DNA from: an uncultured Gemmatimonadales bacterium
GTDB lineage: Bacteria > Gemmatimonadota > Gemmatimonadetes > Gemmatimonadales > GWC2-71-9
NCBI GenBank assembly: GCA_963771275.1
Contig: CAVYSW010000003.1
Coordinates: 1,728,001-1,792,000, forward strand
Length of the DNA stretch: 64,000 nt
Direction of reading: 5' to 3'
In this document: piece by piece, positions 1-9,314 of the stretch
How the letters are laid out: each line of letters starts with the position of its first letter
Position numbering within the stretch: the first letter of the stretch is position 1
Translations under genes and position numbers: made by a program
Notes under the pieces: model-generated
Told to the model about the DNA's origin: nothing
Databases searched by the model: none
The model's input: the letters and a program-made list of their open reading frames with translations, nothing else

Positions 1-212
1 CGTGTCCTGGTTCGACAACACACCAACCGAAACCGAATCGAAAAGCACGAACTCCGACAGAATGTCTGGCCTCGTGCTCTGCTCCAATCATCTGAGATTC
101 CGACCGTGCTGTAATGGTTACCCGCGGCTGCTGCCTGACGCCGAACGGCTGCCTTCGCCTGACGAGCGTCCTGCACCCCTGCTGGGCCCGGCCCGGGAGC
201 CGTGCGGTTTGT

Positions 213-626
213 TCATTCCACAGGCAGCAGCTCGACCCCCAGCTTCCGGAGACTCTGGTCGAAGGAGTGCACGCCTCTCAGTTGGCGGCTCGAGCAGAGC
301 GCGGTGAGATACGCATCGACCAGATCCACCGGACGCTCCGCCAGGGTGTCGAGACAGGTCCGCAAGACGGGCTTTTCCGGGACGCGGAGCCCCCGGAACG
401 CCAGAAGGTCCCGCAGCTTGGCGGCGGCCTCCGCGCTCGGGACCTCGTAGTAGCTGGTCAGCACGAAGTAGGACTGGAACAGCACCAGCGGTGTGAGGAG
501 GGCCGTGCGCTCGCCGCGCTCGAGCTTCTCGAAGAAGGCGAAAACGCCCCGAAACGGCTTGGTGATGGTCGCGGGATCCTCGACGAGGTAGCGGATGATG
601 ACGTTGGTATCAACCGGATCAGCCAC
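213..626 (-). CDS. vapC: PIN-domain (VapC-type) toxin
   Basis: GTG start at 626 gives VADPVDTNVIIRYL...DLVDAYL...SFDQSL, the PIN acidic motifs; overlaps the antitoxin stop (GTGGCTGA). Confidence 0.85.
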   Translation of the reverse strand: MADPVDTNVIIRYLVEDPATITKPFRGVFAFFEKLERGERTALLTPLVLFQSYFVLTSYYEVPSAEAAAKLRDLLAFRGLRVPEKPVLRTCLDTLAERPVDLVDAYLTALCSSRQLRGVHSFDQSLRKLGVELLPVE

Positions 627-873
627 GCGGCACCAGCCCCCGGCGCAGCGCCTCCGCGATCCGCCGGTCCGAGGGGAAGCGCTTGCCGCGCGCGTACTGC
701 TTGAGGGAGCCCGCCAGCGATCGCGCCCTGGTCTCGCTGGGGCGGCGGAGTTGGATCTTGCCCTCCTGCGGCAGGACCTCCACCTCCAACACGTCACCCA
801 CATCGATCCCCAGTTGCTCGCGGACCTGTGCCGGGATGACGACCTGCCCCTTGTTGTGGACTTTCATCAGCAT
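619..873 (-). CDS. AbrB/MazE/SpoVT-family antitoxin
   Basis: MKVHNKGQVVIPAQVREQLGIDVGDVLEV is the AbrB swapped-hairpin signature; directly upstream of the PIN toxin. Confidence 0.9.
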   Translation of the reverse strand: MLMKVHNKGQVVIPAQVREQLGIDVGDVLEVEVLPQEGKIQLRRPSETRARSLAGSLKQYARGKRFPSDRRIAEALRRGLVPRG

Positions 874-885
874 GTGACACCCTCG

Positions 886-907
886 GGTTATACTAGCCAG
901 TATAACC
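886..907. promoter_or_regulatory. Palindromic operator upstream of the TA operon
   Basis: Perfect 9-bp inverted repeat GGTTATACT-agcc-AGTATAACC just upstream of the antitoxin ATG; typical of TA autorepression sites. Confidence 0.65.
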
Positions 908-923
908 TACCCACCGGTCCAGG

Positions 924-1136
924 TCAAACCTCTCGGCCACCCACCGGTTGGCGCCCGTTGACGAGGATTGCGACGGCGGAGACGTAGATGTGGGTGTCGA
1001 AGACTGCCCTCACCGGCGGAGATAGCGCGCGAGGTCCCGCCGCGCTCAGCGTCTTCCCCTCCGCGCGCGCGAGCTCCTCCGCCTCCCGCGTCAACTCACG
1101 GGGCAGCGACATCGTCTTCTTGACGGCGGTCGCCAT
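924..1136 (-). pseudogene. Collapsed RHH-antitoxin/PIN-toxin remnant
   Basis: MATAVKKTMSLPRELTREAEELARAEGKTLS (RHH/CopG N-terminus) joined in frame to VRAVFDTHIYVSA (PIN N-terminus); both truncated. Confidence 0.65.
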
Positions 1137-1219
1137 CCTTCCCCCTCGTAGACCGTGTCTGGCCCGGTATGAACTATTACTCCCCAGACATGGCTGGATG
1201 ATCAGGGCCACACGGCCCC

Positions 1220-1282
1220 GCGGTGCGGGAGCGCCTGATGCGCATCGTGGAGAACGAGGACCTGCGGAAGTACATCCTGTAG
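1220..1282 (+). pseudogene. hslU: Orphan 3' end of hslU (last ~20 codons)
   Basis: Translates AVRERLMRIVENEDLRKYIL*, matching the characteristic HslU C-terminus (..V..RL..IV.DEDL.RYIL); no upstream hslU coding sequence attached. Confidence 0.7.
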
Positions 1283-1295
1283 GACGCTGACTTGG

Positions 1296-2988
1296 CTAGT
1301 TGGAATCCTCAGGTGCGCGATCCCACCCGCCTCCCAGCCTGATGGTCACGGTGGTCGGTTCGCTGAGCATGACGGGCGCCCCGATCTCGGAACCGGCACG
1401 CAGTACTCTGAAGGTCGCGCGGGCAGCGGCGATTTCCAGTGTGAGTGTATCGGGGAGGATCCCCGCAAGGGAGAATCGGAGACCCCCGCGGCCTCGGCAG
1501 GCGGAGCTCGAGCCGCCGGAAGCCCTCAGCGTGGCGGCTAGTGGGGCTGAGTCCCCGGGTGCCAGCAAGCGGACTGTCAGTTCCGCCGCACCAGTAACTG
1601 AGGAGTCCATGGCGAGCTCGACCGTTTCGCGAGCCGAGCGGGACGCCAATGCAGTGCACGCGATAGCGAAGCGGATGGGGCCAGCGAGCGCCGCGGGGGG
1701 GCGTGCCCCAGCGGTGGCAAGACTGTCTCGCGGCTGCGATCCGACAGCGCGACTCGAGTGCCGCGCCGGTACTGCTGGGGCTAGCTCGAGGCGCTCCGGC
1801 GCCACGCGCGGGGCGCCTTGACCGGTGAGGTCATAGATGTCGAGCCATAATTCGCCGTACGGACCGGTCACCCAGGCCACCACCCATCGATCGGACGCCG
1901 CGGCCGGAGCACGATTGATCAGAACTCGACGAGCAATTGCTGACTGACGATCCACCAGGTCGAACCTCAGCATACCCGGCTCTCGGCGTAGACCGACCCA
2001 TATGCTACCACCCCCGGACAGCAGTTGCCGCACCACGGCGTACCGCAAGGGTCCGACATCGCGCGATGTGATAGCGTGGCCGCCGACCGAGTTCCCTCGT
2101 AAGGCCCGCGCAAGCTCCGCCTCCGGCACCAACTCGTCTGAGGTCTCCGGTTTGCGAAACCAGGTTCCCAGAGTGCCGCCGGGCCGCACCGTGTCCACCT
2201 GGAGACGGCTTCCTCTCGCGAAATAGACCAGCCCGCCAGCATCGACGGTCCAGCGCACCTGCCCCTGATCGCGAACGTAGTCGGATGATGTGCTGAAATC
2301 TCCCACTCCTGCCACCGGGGAGCCTGATCTTCACAGGACCCTCGGTCGCGAGGCGCGGAGTCACCGCCGAATCCCCGTGATCCGGGCCCATGCGCATGAC
2401 CATGACGCTGAGGGAATCGCCTTCCCACACTGCCACGGGGACGTACACGCGGCCCACCGAGTCAATGCCCACGCCATCCGACCACACACGGGAACCGCGT
2501 TCCAGCGCGTCGACTGCCAGTCCCCAGCTCGCATCGCCGATGCGCTTCACCCAGCGCACGGCACCTGCCGTGTCCCACACGCGCACAGTACCGGAAAGCA
2601 CGTCAAGGATCGCCAAGAACCCATTGCCTGACAGGGCGATGTGGTCGCCCCACGCGCTGCCCGGCGGGACATCGCTTGGACCCGAGCCGCGCCGGCCCAG
2701 GATGCGGTAGGTTCTCGTCTCGAGATTGATCACGACGACCCGCCCGGCGCCGGTCTGGAGGATTGCCAGCCAATCGCCGCTGAGCGCGGCGGACGTCGCG
2801 CCGTCCAGGGGGAGGCTGTCGCCTCCCCCCAGCGCGATTCCCTGAATGCGGTACTCTGGAGCTGGATAGACCCTTGATGGTGGTGCGTCCGCGGCTGGGG
2901 GGGTATCCGCGAACCCACACCCCCCAGCCAGGCCACACACTAGGCCAGCGGCGTACAGCATGCGTGGCCGCGTGCGACGATGGGTCAC
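1296..2988 (-). CDS. Six-bladed beta-propeller (NHL/DUF5128-like) lipoprotein with C-terminal extra domain, split by a +1 frameshift near 2317-2320
   Basis: Lipobox LAGGC and GRRGSGP motif in ORF 2005..3315; the family C-terminal half (WTVDAGGLVY...SIWVG...FDLVD...LDIYDL) is in ORF 1296..2315; deleting one C of CCCC joins them; start could be 2988 or 2961. Confidence 0.65.
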
Positions 2989-3271
2989 CCCCACGGTCAC
3001 GGGCAAGCCTGATAGGGTCCGGGTCCGCTGCAACTGGCAGATGCACATCCAGGGCCACGCTATGCAGTTGTACGGCGGATTGATGTCAGGCATACAGTAC
3101 TGAAAGCACGAACGGAAGTGCGCCGATCGCCAGCAGCTCCTCACGCCCACCGAGGCCCCCAGCCATCGCGCCTCTCCAGCAGGACCTCGGCAAGACGTTG
3201 AGAGGCGGCGAACAAGACGACATCGGCCGCCCCTCAAGTGCAGACCAAAGTCGAGGCTAGTACTCCGTTCC

Positions 3272-3508
3272 CTACAGCGAATCCCCGGGCAGGATAATAC
3301 AGCCTTCGTCTTCACATCCGCCCGCTGTCTCCCTGCATCTGGTGTCCCAGTGGCTCTGGAAGCAATTGCCTGAATCCAGGCTGCACATGTCCGAATCGCA
3401 CCAGTCAGCGACAGCTGATGCTGGCACGATCATTGACCCCAACGAAATACCGGCCGCCACAATCGTACCGAGCAACAGAGAGTGGTGTTCGCGGCTGTGC
3501 ATTCGCAT
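3272..3508 (-). CDS. Secreted six-cysteine mini-protein, copy C
   Basis: GAGGAGG RBS, signal peptide ending AVA, mature DWCDSDMCSLDSGNCFQSHWDTRCRETAGGCEDEGCIILPGDSL; paralogous to 3593..3835 and 5827..6042. Confidence 0.85.
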   Translation of the reverse strand: MRMHSREHHSLLLGTIVAAGISLGSMIVPASAVADWCDSDMCSLDSGNCFQSHWDTRCRETAGGCEDEGCIILPGDSL

Positions 3509-3592
3509 ACCATGCCTCCTCTCTTTGGCAGACTAGTTGAGGCGCTCCAACCAACATGCTGACATGGATGGAGTATCGTCCTGCCTGACCAA

Positions 3593-3835
3593 CTATGGCG
3601 TGGAATCCGACGGCAGGATCACACATCCTTCGTCCCTGCACCCGTCAGCAGTCTCATCACAGTTGATGCTGTGCGAAACCAGCTGGCAGTTGCCACCAGT
3701 TGCGTCGCACGCATTCATGTCGCAATCCCACGCATAGCTACTGGACGGGACCATTGTGGCCCCTATCGCCGCCCCAAGAACAACCGCCATCGACAGAACC
3801 CACGGTCGAGCGCCAAGTTTGTTGTTCCATGACAT
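3593..3835 (-). CDS. Secreted six-cysteine mini-protein, copy B
   Basis: GGAGG RBS, signal peptide ending SYA, mature WDCDMNACDATGGNCQLVSHSINCDETADGCRDEGCVILPSDSTP. Confidence 0.85.
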   Translation of the reverse strand: MSWNNKLGARPWVLSMAVVLGAAIGATMVPSSSYAWDCDMNACDATGGNCQLVSHSINCDETADGCRDEGCVILPSDSTP

Positions 3836-3887
3836 CGGAAGCCTCCGTTATCTGGCTGTTGGACAATGGAATGGTCGGAGCTACTGG

Positions 3888-4535
3888 CTACCATGAGCCA
3901 TCGTGCCGTCCGACACGACTCGAGGACTGACTACGCGGAGTTGGCGGTGGGGTTGGCAGGGGTACACCTGCCTTGATCCAGGCTTGGATTTCAAAGAGGC
4001 CCACCTTCCGGACTAGTAGCTCTCCGCGGTTTGCTGAGTACAGGGGATCGTTGGACGTACTGTCTGGAACCTGAACGGCACGATGAATCACCAGAAGCGT
4101 CGGTGTCGCTGGGGGCCCAGGGATCTCGTTCCAGAAGTACTTGAATGCAAACTCGTTAGCCCATCCACCGCCGACTGAAATCTGGTCAAACGCGCCGAAC
4201 TTGCTGAGGTGCCTGAGCCCGCTGGTGATGGTGGGATCCAACGCGACGCCCTCGGTCACAAATCGGAATCCAGTCGCAGCTGCCCGATGGCCAAGAGCCT
4301 CTTTCACTTCTCTCACTTCTTCGGCGAAACCAGCGCGATTGCACCACGAGCATGATGCCTGGCCGATATAGATCATCACCAGCTCATCGCCCGTGCGCAG
4401 CGAACGTCGGGGTGGGTCTGCGAGCCTTACGTAGTGAAAGCCGCCCACCACACGTTTGGCAGCCGCTCCCGCAGCTATCGATCCCACGAAGACAGCCACA
4501 GAAACCACCACGAGGCTCCTGTTCCAGACTCTCAT
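3888..4535 (-). CDS. Membrane-anchored thioredoxin-fold CxxC protein
   Basis: N-terminal hydrophobic helix, beta-strand MIYIG followed by CSWC, later cis-Pro-like ATPTLLV; ATG at 4535 overlaps the upstream TGA (ATGA). Confidence 0.7.
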   Translation of the reverse strand: MRVWNRSLVVVSVAVFVGSIAAGAAAKRVVGGFHYVRLADPPRRSLRTGDELVMIYIGQASCSWCNRAGFAEEVREVKEALGHRAAATGFRFVTEGVALDPTITSGLRHLSKFGAFDQISVGGGWANEFAFKYFWNEIPGPPATPTLLVIHRAVQVPDSTSNDPLYSANRGELLVRKVGLFEIQAWIKAGVPLPTPPPTPRSQSSSRVGRHDGSW

Positions 4536-5713
4536 GAGGATCGCGTCCCCCATTCGTAGATCTCGATGCGTGGGAAAGGATCCTCCCGCAGCGACACAAA
4601 GAAGCCATCGCCGAACGCCACTATCCGTGGGAACCCCCGGCCAAGTGCGACTATCCGTCCATCCTGTGCGCCGATCGCGAATGTGCGCAACTCTGTCAGC
4701 TCATTCCGAGCATCCGCGTCTTCGCGACTGACGTAGGCAATCTGCGCAAGAAAGAACGGCCTCGTCACGCCAGGTGGCCAAGGTCTCACAGGCACGAGAG
4801 AGTATGTATGGTCGTATCCGTCCTCCGGAATCCGTGTACGTGTACCTCGAGCGGTCCTCGCGAAGTAAATCGGGCGGAAGCCATCAACAACCGTAATCCA
4901 CTCAGGAGTTCCGTCTGTTCCATAGGCGTGGAACTCTCCCAACAAGGCCATTGGCGCCAACACCAGTCGATCCGGGTCCCGGTCACACGCGAGCAGACTA
5001 CGGTTCACGTGGACCGCTACCATCGCGTCAGGGGCGTTGTATACCTGTCCGAATGATGCTTCCACGCGCTCACCGGAGACTCGGTGAATCAACGGAGGCG
5101 CTTTGAAGGCAGCTCCTCCGGGCGCGAATGTCGTTCCGTGAATGAAGAGCCCTGACGGCAGCACACACACGTCGATGGGCTCAAAATCGTATGAGAAACT
5201 CCGCTCGAATCTGAAGCCCGCTCCATCATGGATGAACTTGTGAACGTGGTAGACATCCAGCACATACAAGGCGCCGTCTTGTCCCATCGCCAGCCGGCGA
5301 GGTTCGACGAACTCGCCGGGGCCCCTTCCGGCCGCACCGACACTCGCTATGTACTGGCCATCCCGTCCGAAGACTCGAACCGCATGGCTGTAGGAGTCCA
5401 GCACGTAGATGCTGTTAGATGAGTCGACGACAACGTCCGACACCTTGCCAAACATCTGCTCACGCGGTCCCTCCAGTACGCCCACGACCGCTGACCGGCG
5501 TGCTGCCGACAGCACCCGGAATAGAGGGTGGTCCTCGGCGGCAGCAGCTCCCAGATCAACGCGCGAATGGACCGGGATTGGACGGTGGAAGAATTCCTTC
5601 CGGGGATGCACAACATCCCCGCCCGCGGTTCCTGCCGCAGCGCTCCCTCCAGTTCCCCTGCATGAGCACAATGTAACGGCGATTAGAGTCAGTACCTGAA
5701 GCTCGTTGAGCAT
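4532..5713 (-). CDS. Six-bladed beta-propeller (NHL/DUF5128-like) lipoprotein
   Basis: Lipobox-like LCSC, FGKVSDVVVDSSNSIYVLD and VGAAGRGPGEFVEP NHL-type repeats. Confidence 0.8.
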   Translation of the reverse strand: MLNELQVLTLIAVTLCSCRGTGGSAAAGTAGGDVVHPRKEFFHRPIPVHSRVDLGAAAAEDHPLFRVLSAARRSAVVGVLEGPREQMFGKVSDVVVDSSNSIYVLDSYSHAVRVFGRDGQYIASVGAAGRGPGEFVEPRRLAMGQDGALYVLDVYHVHKFIHDGAGFRFERSFSYDFEPIDVCVLPSGLFIHGTTFAPGGAAFKAPPLIHRVSGERVEASFGQVYNAPDAMVAVHVNRSLLACDRDPDRLVLAPMALLGEFHAYGTDGTPEWITVVDGFRPIYFARTARGTRTRIPEDGYDHTYSLVPVRPWPPGVTRPFFLAQIAYVSREDADARNELTELRTFAIGAQDGRIVALGRGFPRIVAFGDGFFVSLREDPFPRIEIYEWGTRSS

Positions 5714-5826
5714 GTTTCACACTCTTCGGCCAGGACAGCAGCAGGACGGACCTCTCATCTCCACACGCGCATCGTCGCCCAAGGGCCTATGCGCATCCTT
5801 CGGCTTGGGATCTCCACAGACCGCTC

Positions 5827-6042
5827 TCATTCCCCTGGGAGCACAACACACTCACTATCGTCGCACGGGTCGCCAGAGCAGTTGATCTCCCATCTCACCG
5901 CCTCGCACTTGTGACTATCCAGATTGCATGCCTGATGATTGCAGCTATCTGCGCTACTGGCAGCAGGAGTCAGCAGGAAGCCCACGAAGAGGCCGCCCAC
6001 GATCATGCCTCCTTGGACCAGGTTCGCAATCGCTTTGCGCAT
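5827..6042 (-). CDS. Secreted six-cysteine mini-protein, copy A
   Basis: Signal peptide ending SSA, mature DSCNHQACNLDSHKCEAVRWEINCSGDPCDDSECVVLPGE; same Cys framework as copies B and C. Confidence 0.85.
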   Translation of the reverse strand: MRKAIANLVQGGMIVGGLFVGFLLTPAASSADSCNHQACNLDSHKCEAVRWEINCSGDPCDDSECVVLPGE

Positions 6043-6194
6043 GGCTCAACCCACTCATCGTGAGGGTCAAGTACCCTTGGCTACGGTACGCCGTACTTTA
6101 TGGCACCGGCATTGTCGACTTAATGCTATGAAAAACCAGAGGCTGCTGCTAGGTCACATTCCCGGTAGACGCGGCACATGCCTCGCGAACCCCG

Positions 6195-6659
6195 TCACCA
6201 GTCTCTGGCCTTCTCGAGCGTCGATACAACCCCTGCCCTGAAGGTGCTTGGTGCGCAGCCAACCACCCGTTGGAACCACCGCTCGAATCCACGAAGATCA
6301 TTGAACCCCACCGCGAATGCGACCTGAGTAATCGGTATATGACGGCTACGCATGAGCTCCATAGCCTTTTCAGTACGTATGCGCGCAAGCCATTCGGTGA
6401 AAGTCATGCCGGTTTTCGAGCGGAAGTACGTTGAGAAGTACTTCGGCTTAAAGCCACTCGCGGCAGCTGCAGCCGTCAGCGAAATCGGTCGCGCTGGATT
6501 GCGCAGAACACACTCCGCGACACGCGTGAGCGGCCGGTAGTAGCGCAGTATTGCCCGGTCCACGCCGCCGATCCGCGTGTTCGCATCCATAGTCGGAAGC
6601 GTTGCCTCATCGGCATCGGCTGGCTCAGTGACCGAGGGGCGCCCCTTCAGAACATGCAT
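6195..6659 (-). CDS. Stand-alone AraC-family HTH regulator
   Basis: ISLTAAAAASGFKPKYFSTYFRSKTGMTF...ITQVAFAVGFNDLRGFERWFQRVVGCAPSTFR AraC double HTH; start uncertain (6659 or 6590). Confidence 0.8.
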   Translation of the reverse strand: MHVLKGRPSVTEPADADEATLPTMDANTRIGGVDRAILRYYRPLTRVAECVLRNPARPISLTAAAAASGFKPKYFSTYFRSKTGMTFTEWLARIRTEKAMELMRSRHIPITQVAFAVGFNDLRGFERWFQRVVGCAPSTFRAGVVSTLEKARDW

Positions 6660-6819
6660 CGCCGCACAGGAGACGGTACCGCCGCGCTCGTCAGCCAACA
6701 CCTCTACCCCCATCAAGGCATCGGCTTCACCTCGGAAGCCTCTGCGTTCAGTACTCAAGGGCCGGCCGCCACACCGCAGCGTCGCTTCTAGTCCGAAGAT
6801 GCACCTAGGCGTGCTCCCG

Positions 6820-7026
6820 TTACATCCCGACCTGCCATGTAGCGCGTGTGCCACCTCCTTGGTAGATCCGCCACACATAGCTATGAACCGTGTGCGCAGA
6901 GAGGCCCAAGTGGCTCGCTATGGTAGCCTCCACGTCGCCATCCAGAAGGCATTGCGCGACCTCGGACTCCCTCGGCGACAGCCCAAGGCGATCCGTCACC
7001 ACGTTCCACTCTCCGGCCTGGAACAA
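6820..7026 (-). CDS. Short LuxR-type HTH protein, possibly degenerate
   Basis: LSPRESEVAQCLLDGDVEATIASHLGLSAHTVHSYVWRIY; C-terminal helix atypical. Confidence 0.6.
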   Translation of the reverse strand: MFQAGEWNVVTDRLGLSPRESEVAQCLLDGDVEATIASHLGLSAHTVHSYVWRIYQGGGTRATWQVGM

Positions 7027-7304
7027 CTCGTTGCTGACTTGATGCCGAGGGCCTGCCGATGCTGAAGGAGGATCGGAGGGGGTCCACGCATGTTCATCCT
7101 CACTGCTCTGCGAACCCGTGAAACCGGTGAGCGAGTGGGCGTCAGGTGCCGCGATCCGCGAGCGTGCTCACCGCGAAGGTACGGGAGGCGTCCTGCTCGT
7201 CAACTGCTACCTGTAGTAGGTTGGGCACAATCCTGGGTCCCACGCCGCTCTGAACCTCCGGGTCTGCAATGTCTTACGCCGCCGGCCATCTGCCGGAAGT
7301 CATG

Positions 7305-8265
7305 TTAAGACGCATCCGCTTCCTGGCCTCCGCGCTTCCCGCTGATCCAGATGAACGGCGGCCACGCCCCGGCGATGAGGTGGTCGCGCAGGGCCCTCAC
7401 CAGTCGGGGGACGGGGCGGTAGCTCTCCCAGTGCGTGACCTGCCGAGGCAGGAGGTTGAGCCACACACCGACCATCTCCTCCCACCTGGCGCCACGCGGG
7501 GTGAAGTGGAGCCGGACATGGGGGTGGCGTGCCTCGTAGTCCTGCGCGCCACGTCGTGGGTACAGCGCGCGCTCGCTGAGGATCGCGTGGAGCTCGGCGC
7601 CGGAATCCACGGCGAGAGCGTCGAGAAACCGGAATACGTCCGCCCGGGGATCGTCTCTCCGCTCCCTCGAGGAGCGCAACCCGCCCGCGACTGCCGCGAA
7701 GACGCTGGTGAACTCCGGCAGGGCTTCGTTGCCCGGCCTTGCGCGCGCCGAGTTGCACGAGAACACGAACGCGGGGTCCCTCGCCCGCAGATGAACGCCG
7801 GCGATGCCCTCGACCCGGAGCGGCGTGAGCGGTGACCGCACACCGGTGGGCGACCCCAGCCGGTGTTCGCTGAGGATCTCACGCACGCGGTGCAAGGACA
7901 CTGCGGTGCGGTGGGCAAGGGCGGGGATCGCCGGAGGCCGACGCCCGCGCACCGCGGCGCGAAGCGCCAGCGCCACCACTCGCATCGCACTGCGGAGCGG
8001 CAGCCCTCGGAGGCCTGCCGGACTTGGGACGGTCTGCCAAGCCGGCCAGCCTCCCCGCGAGGAAGCGCGCGCGCAATCGGCTCACGTGCACAGTGGTGTA
8101 TCCGGTCCGACGAGCGATCTCCTCAGCCGGCAGCCCCGTGCCGAGCAGCAGCACGGCGTAGGCGCGGCGGCGCCGGCCGGCGGACCCGCCCGAGCCGCCG
8201 GCGAGCGCCGTCAACTCGCGGCGCTCGTCTCGGCTCAACCCGACATAATGCCGAGGCTCAGTCAT
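7305..8265 (-). mobile_element. IS630-family transposase derivative, frameshifted near 7990, catalytic DDE degenerate
   Basis: LSRDERREL...RRAYAVLLL...GLADRPKSGRP HTH in one frame; HPHVRLHFTP..W and PPFIW C-terminal motifs in the next frame; no terminal inverted repeats recognised. Confidence 0.7.
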
Positions 8266-8406
8266 GGATCCGCTCTCGCTCAATACCCAATCCCTAGATG
8301 CCGCTGGAAGGCCAGTCGTTACCACCACACCCGTCTTTACACCTACCACCCACGCGGATACTATCCCCCGGGGTCCTGTCAATTTGACCGACTGCCGCCC
8401 ACGGAC

Positions 8407-9314
8407 ATGCCGAAACGAGACTTCCTAGCCATCCCGGACTTCCGCCGCGAGGAGATCGTGGCGCTGTTCGATCTCGCCGCCCGGATGAAGAGCGGGGAGT
8501 ACCGCGCCAAGCCGCTCGCCGGGAAGACCCTGGGGATGATCTTCACCAAGAGCAGCACACGGACCCGCGTGTCGTTCGAAGTGGGAGCCTACGAGCTCGG
8601 CGGGCACGCGCTGTTCCTCTCGTCGCGCGACATCCAGATCGGCCGCGGTGAGCCGATCAAGGACACGGCGCGGGTGCTGTCGCGCTACGTGGACGGGCTG
8701 ATGATCCGCACGTTCGCGCACGCCGATGTGGTGGAGCTCGCCCGGTTCGCCAGCATCCCCGTGATCAACGGGCTCACCGACCTGCTGCACCCGTGCCAGG
8801 TGCTCACCGACGTGTTCACGATGCGGGAGCACCTCGGAGGGTGGGAGGGGAAGGTGGTCGCCTGGATCGGGGACGGGAACAACATGGCCAACTCGTGGCT
8901 CAACGCGGCCGCGGTGCTCGGCTTCGAGCTGCGGCTCGCCTGCCCCGAGGGCTACGAGCCCAACCACGAGATCTTCGAGTTCGCCAAGGCGCGGGCCCCG
9001 GTGACCATCACCGAAGACATCGAGGAAGCTGTGGAAGGGGCCCACGTGGTGAACACCGACGTCTGGGCGTCGATGGGTCAGGAGGGAGAGGCGGAGCAGC
9101 GGGCCCTCGCGTTCCGCGGCTACCAGGTGAGCGCGGAGCTCATGCGGCTGGCCGACCCCAAGGCCATCTTCCTCCACTGCCTGCCGGCGCACCGGGGGGA
9201 AGAGGTCACGGAAGAGGTGTTCGAGGGGCCACAGTCCCGCGTATTCGATCAGGCGGAGAACCGGCTGCACGTGCAGAAGGCGATTCTCGCGACGTTGATG
9301 GGAGGGGGAAGCAC

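Noticed and set aside
3272..6042. Six-Cys peptides as ranthipeptide/SCIFF or lanthipeptide precursors, or LPxTG sortase substrates
   Set aside because: They have Sec-type signal peptides rather than RiPP leaders, no modifying enzyme is nearby, and the LP[GS][DE] tail lacks Thr-Gly, a TM helix and a basic tail
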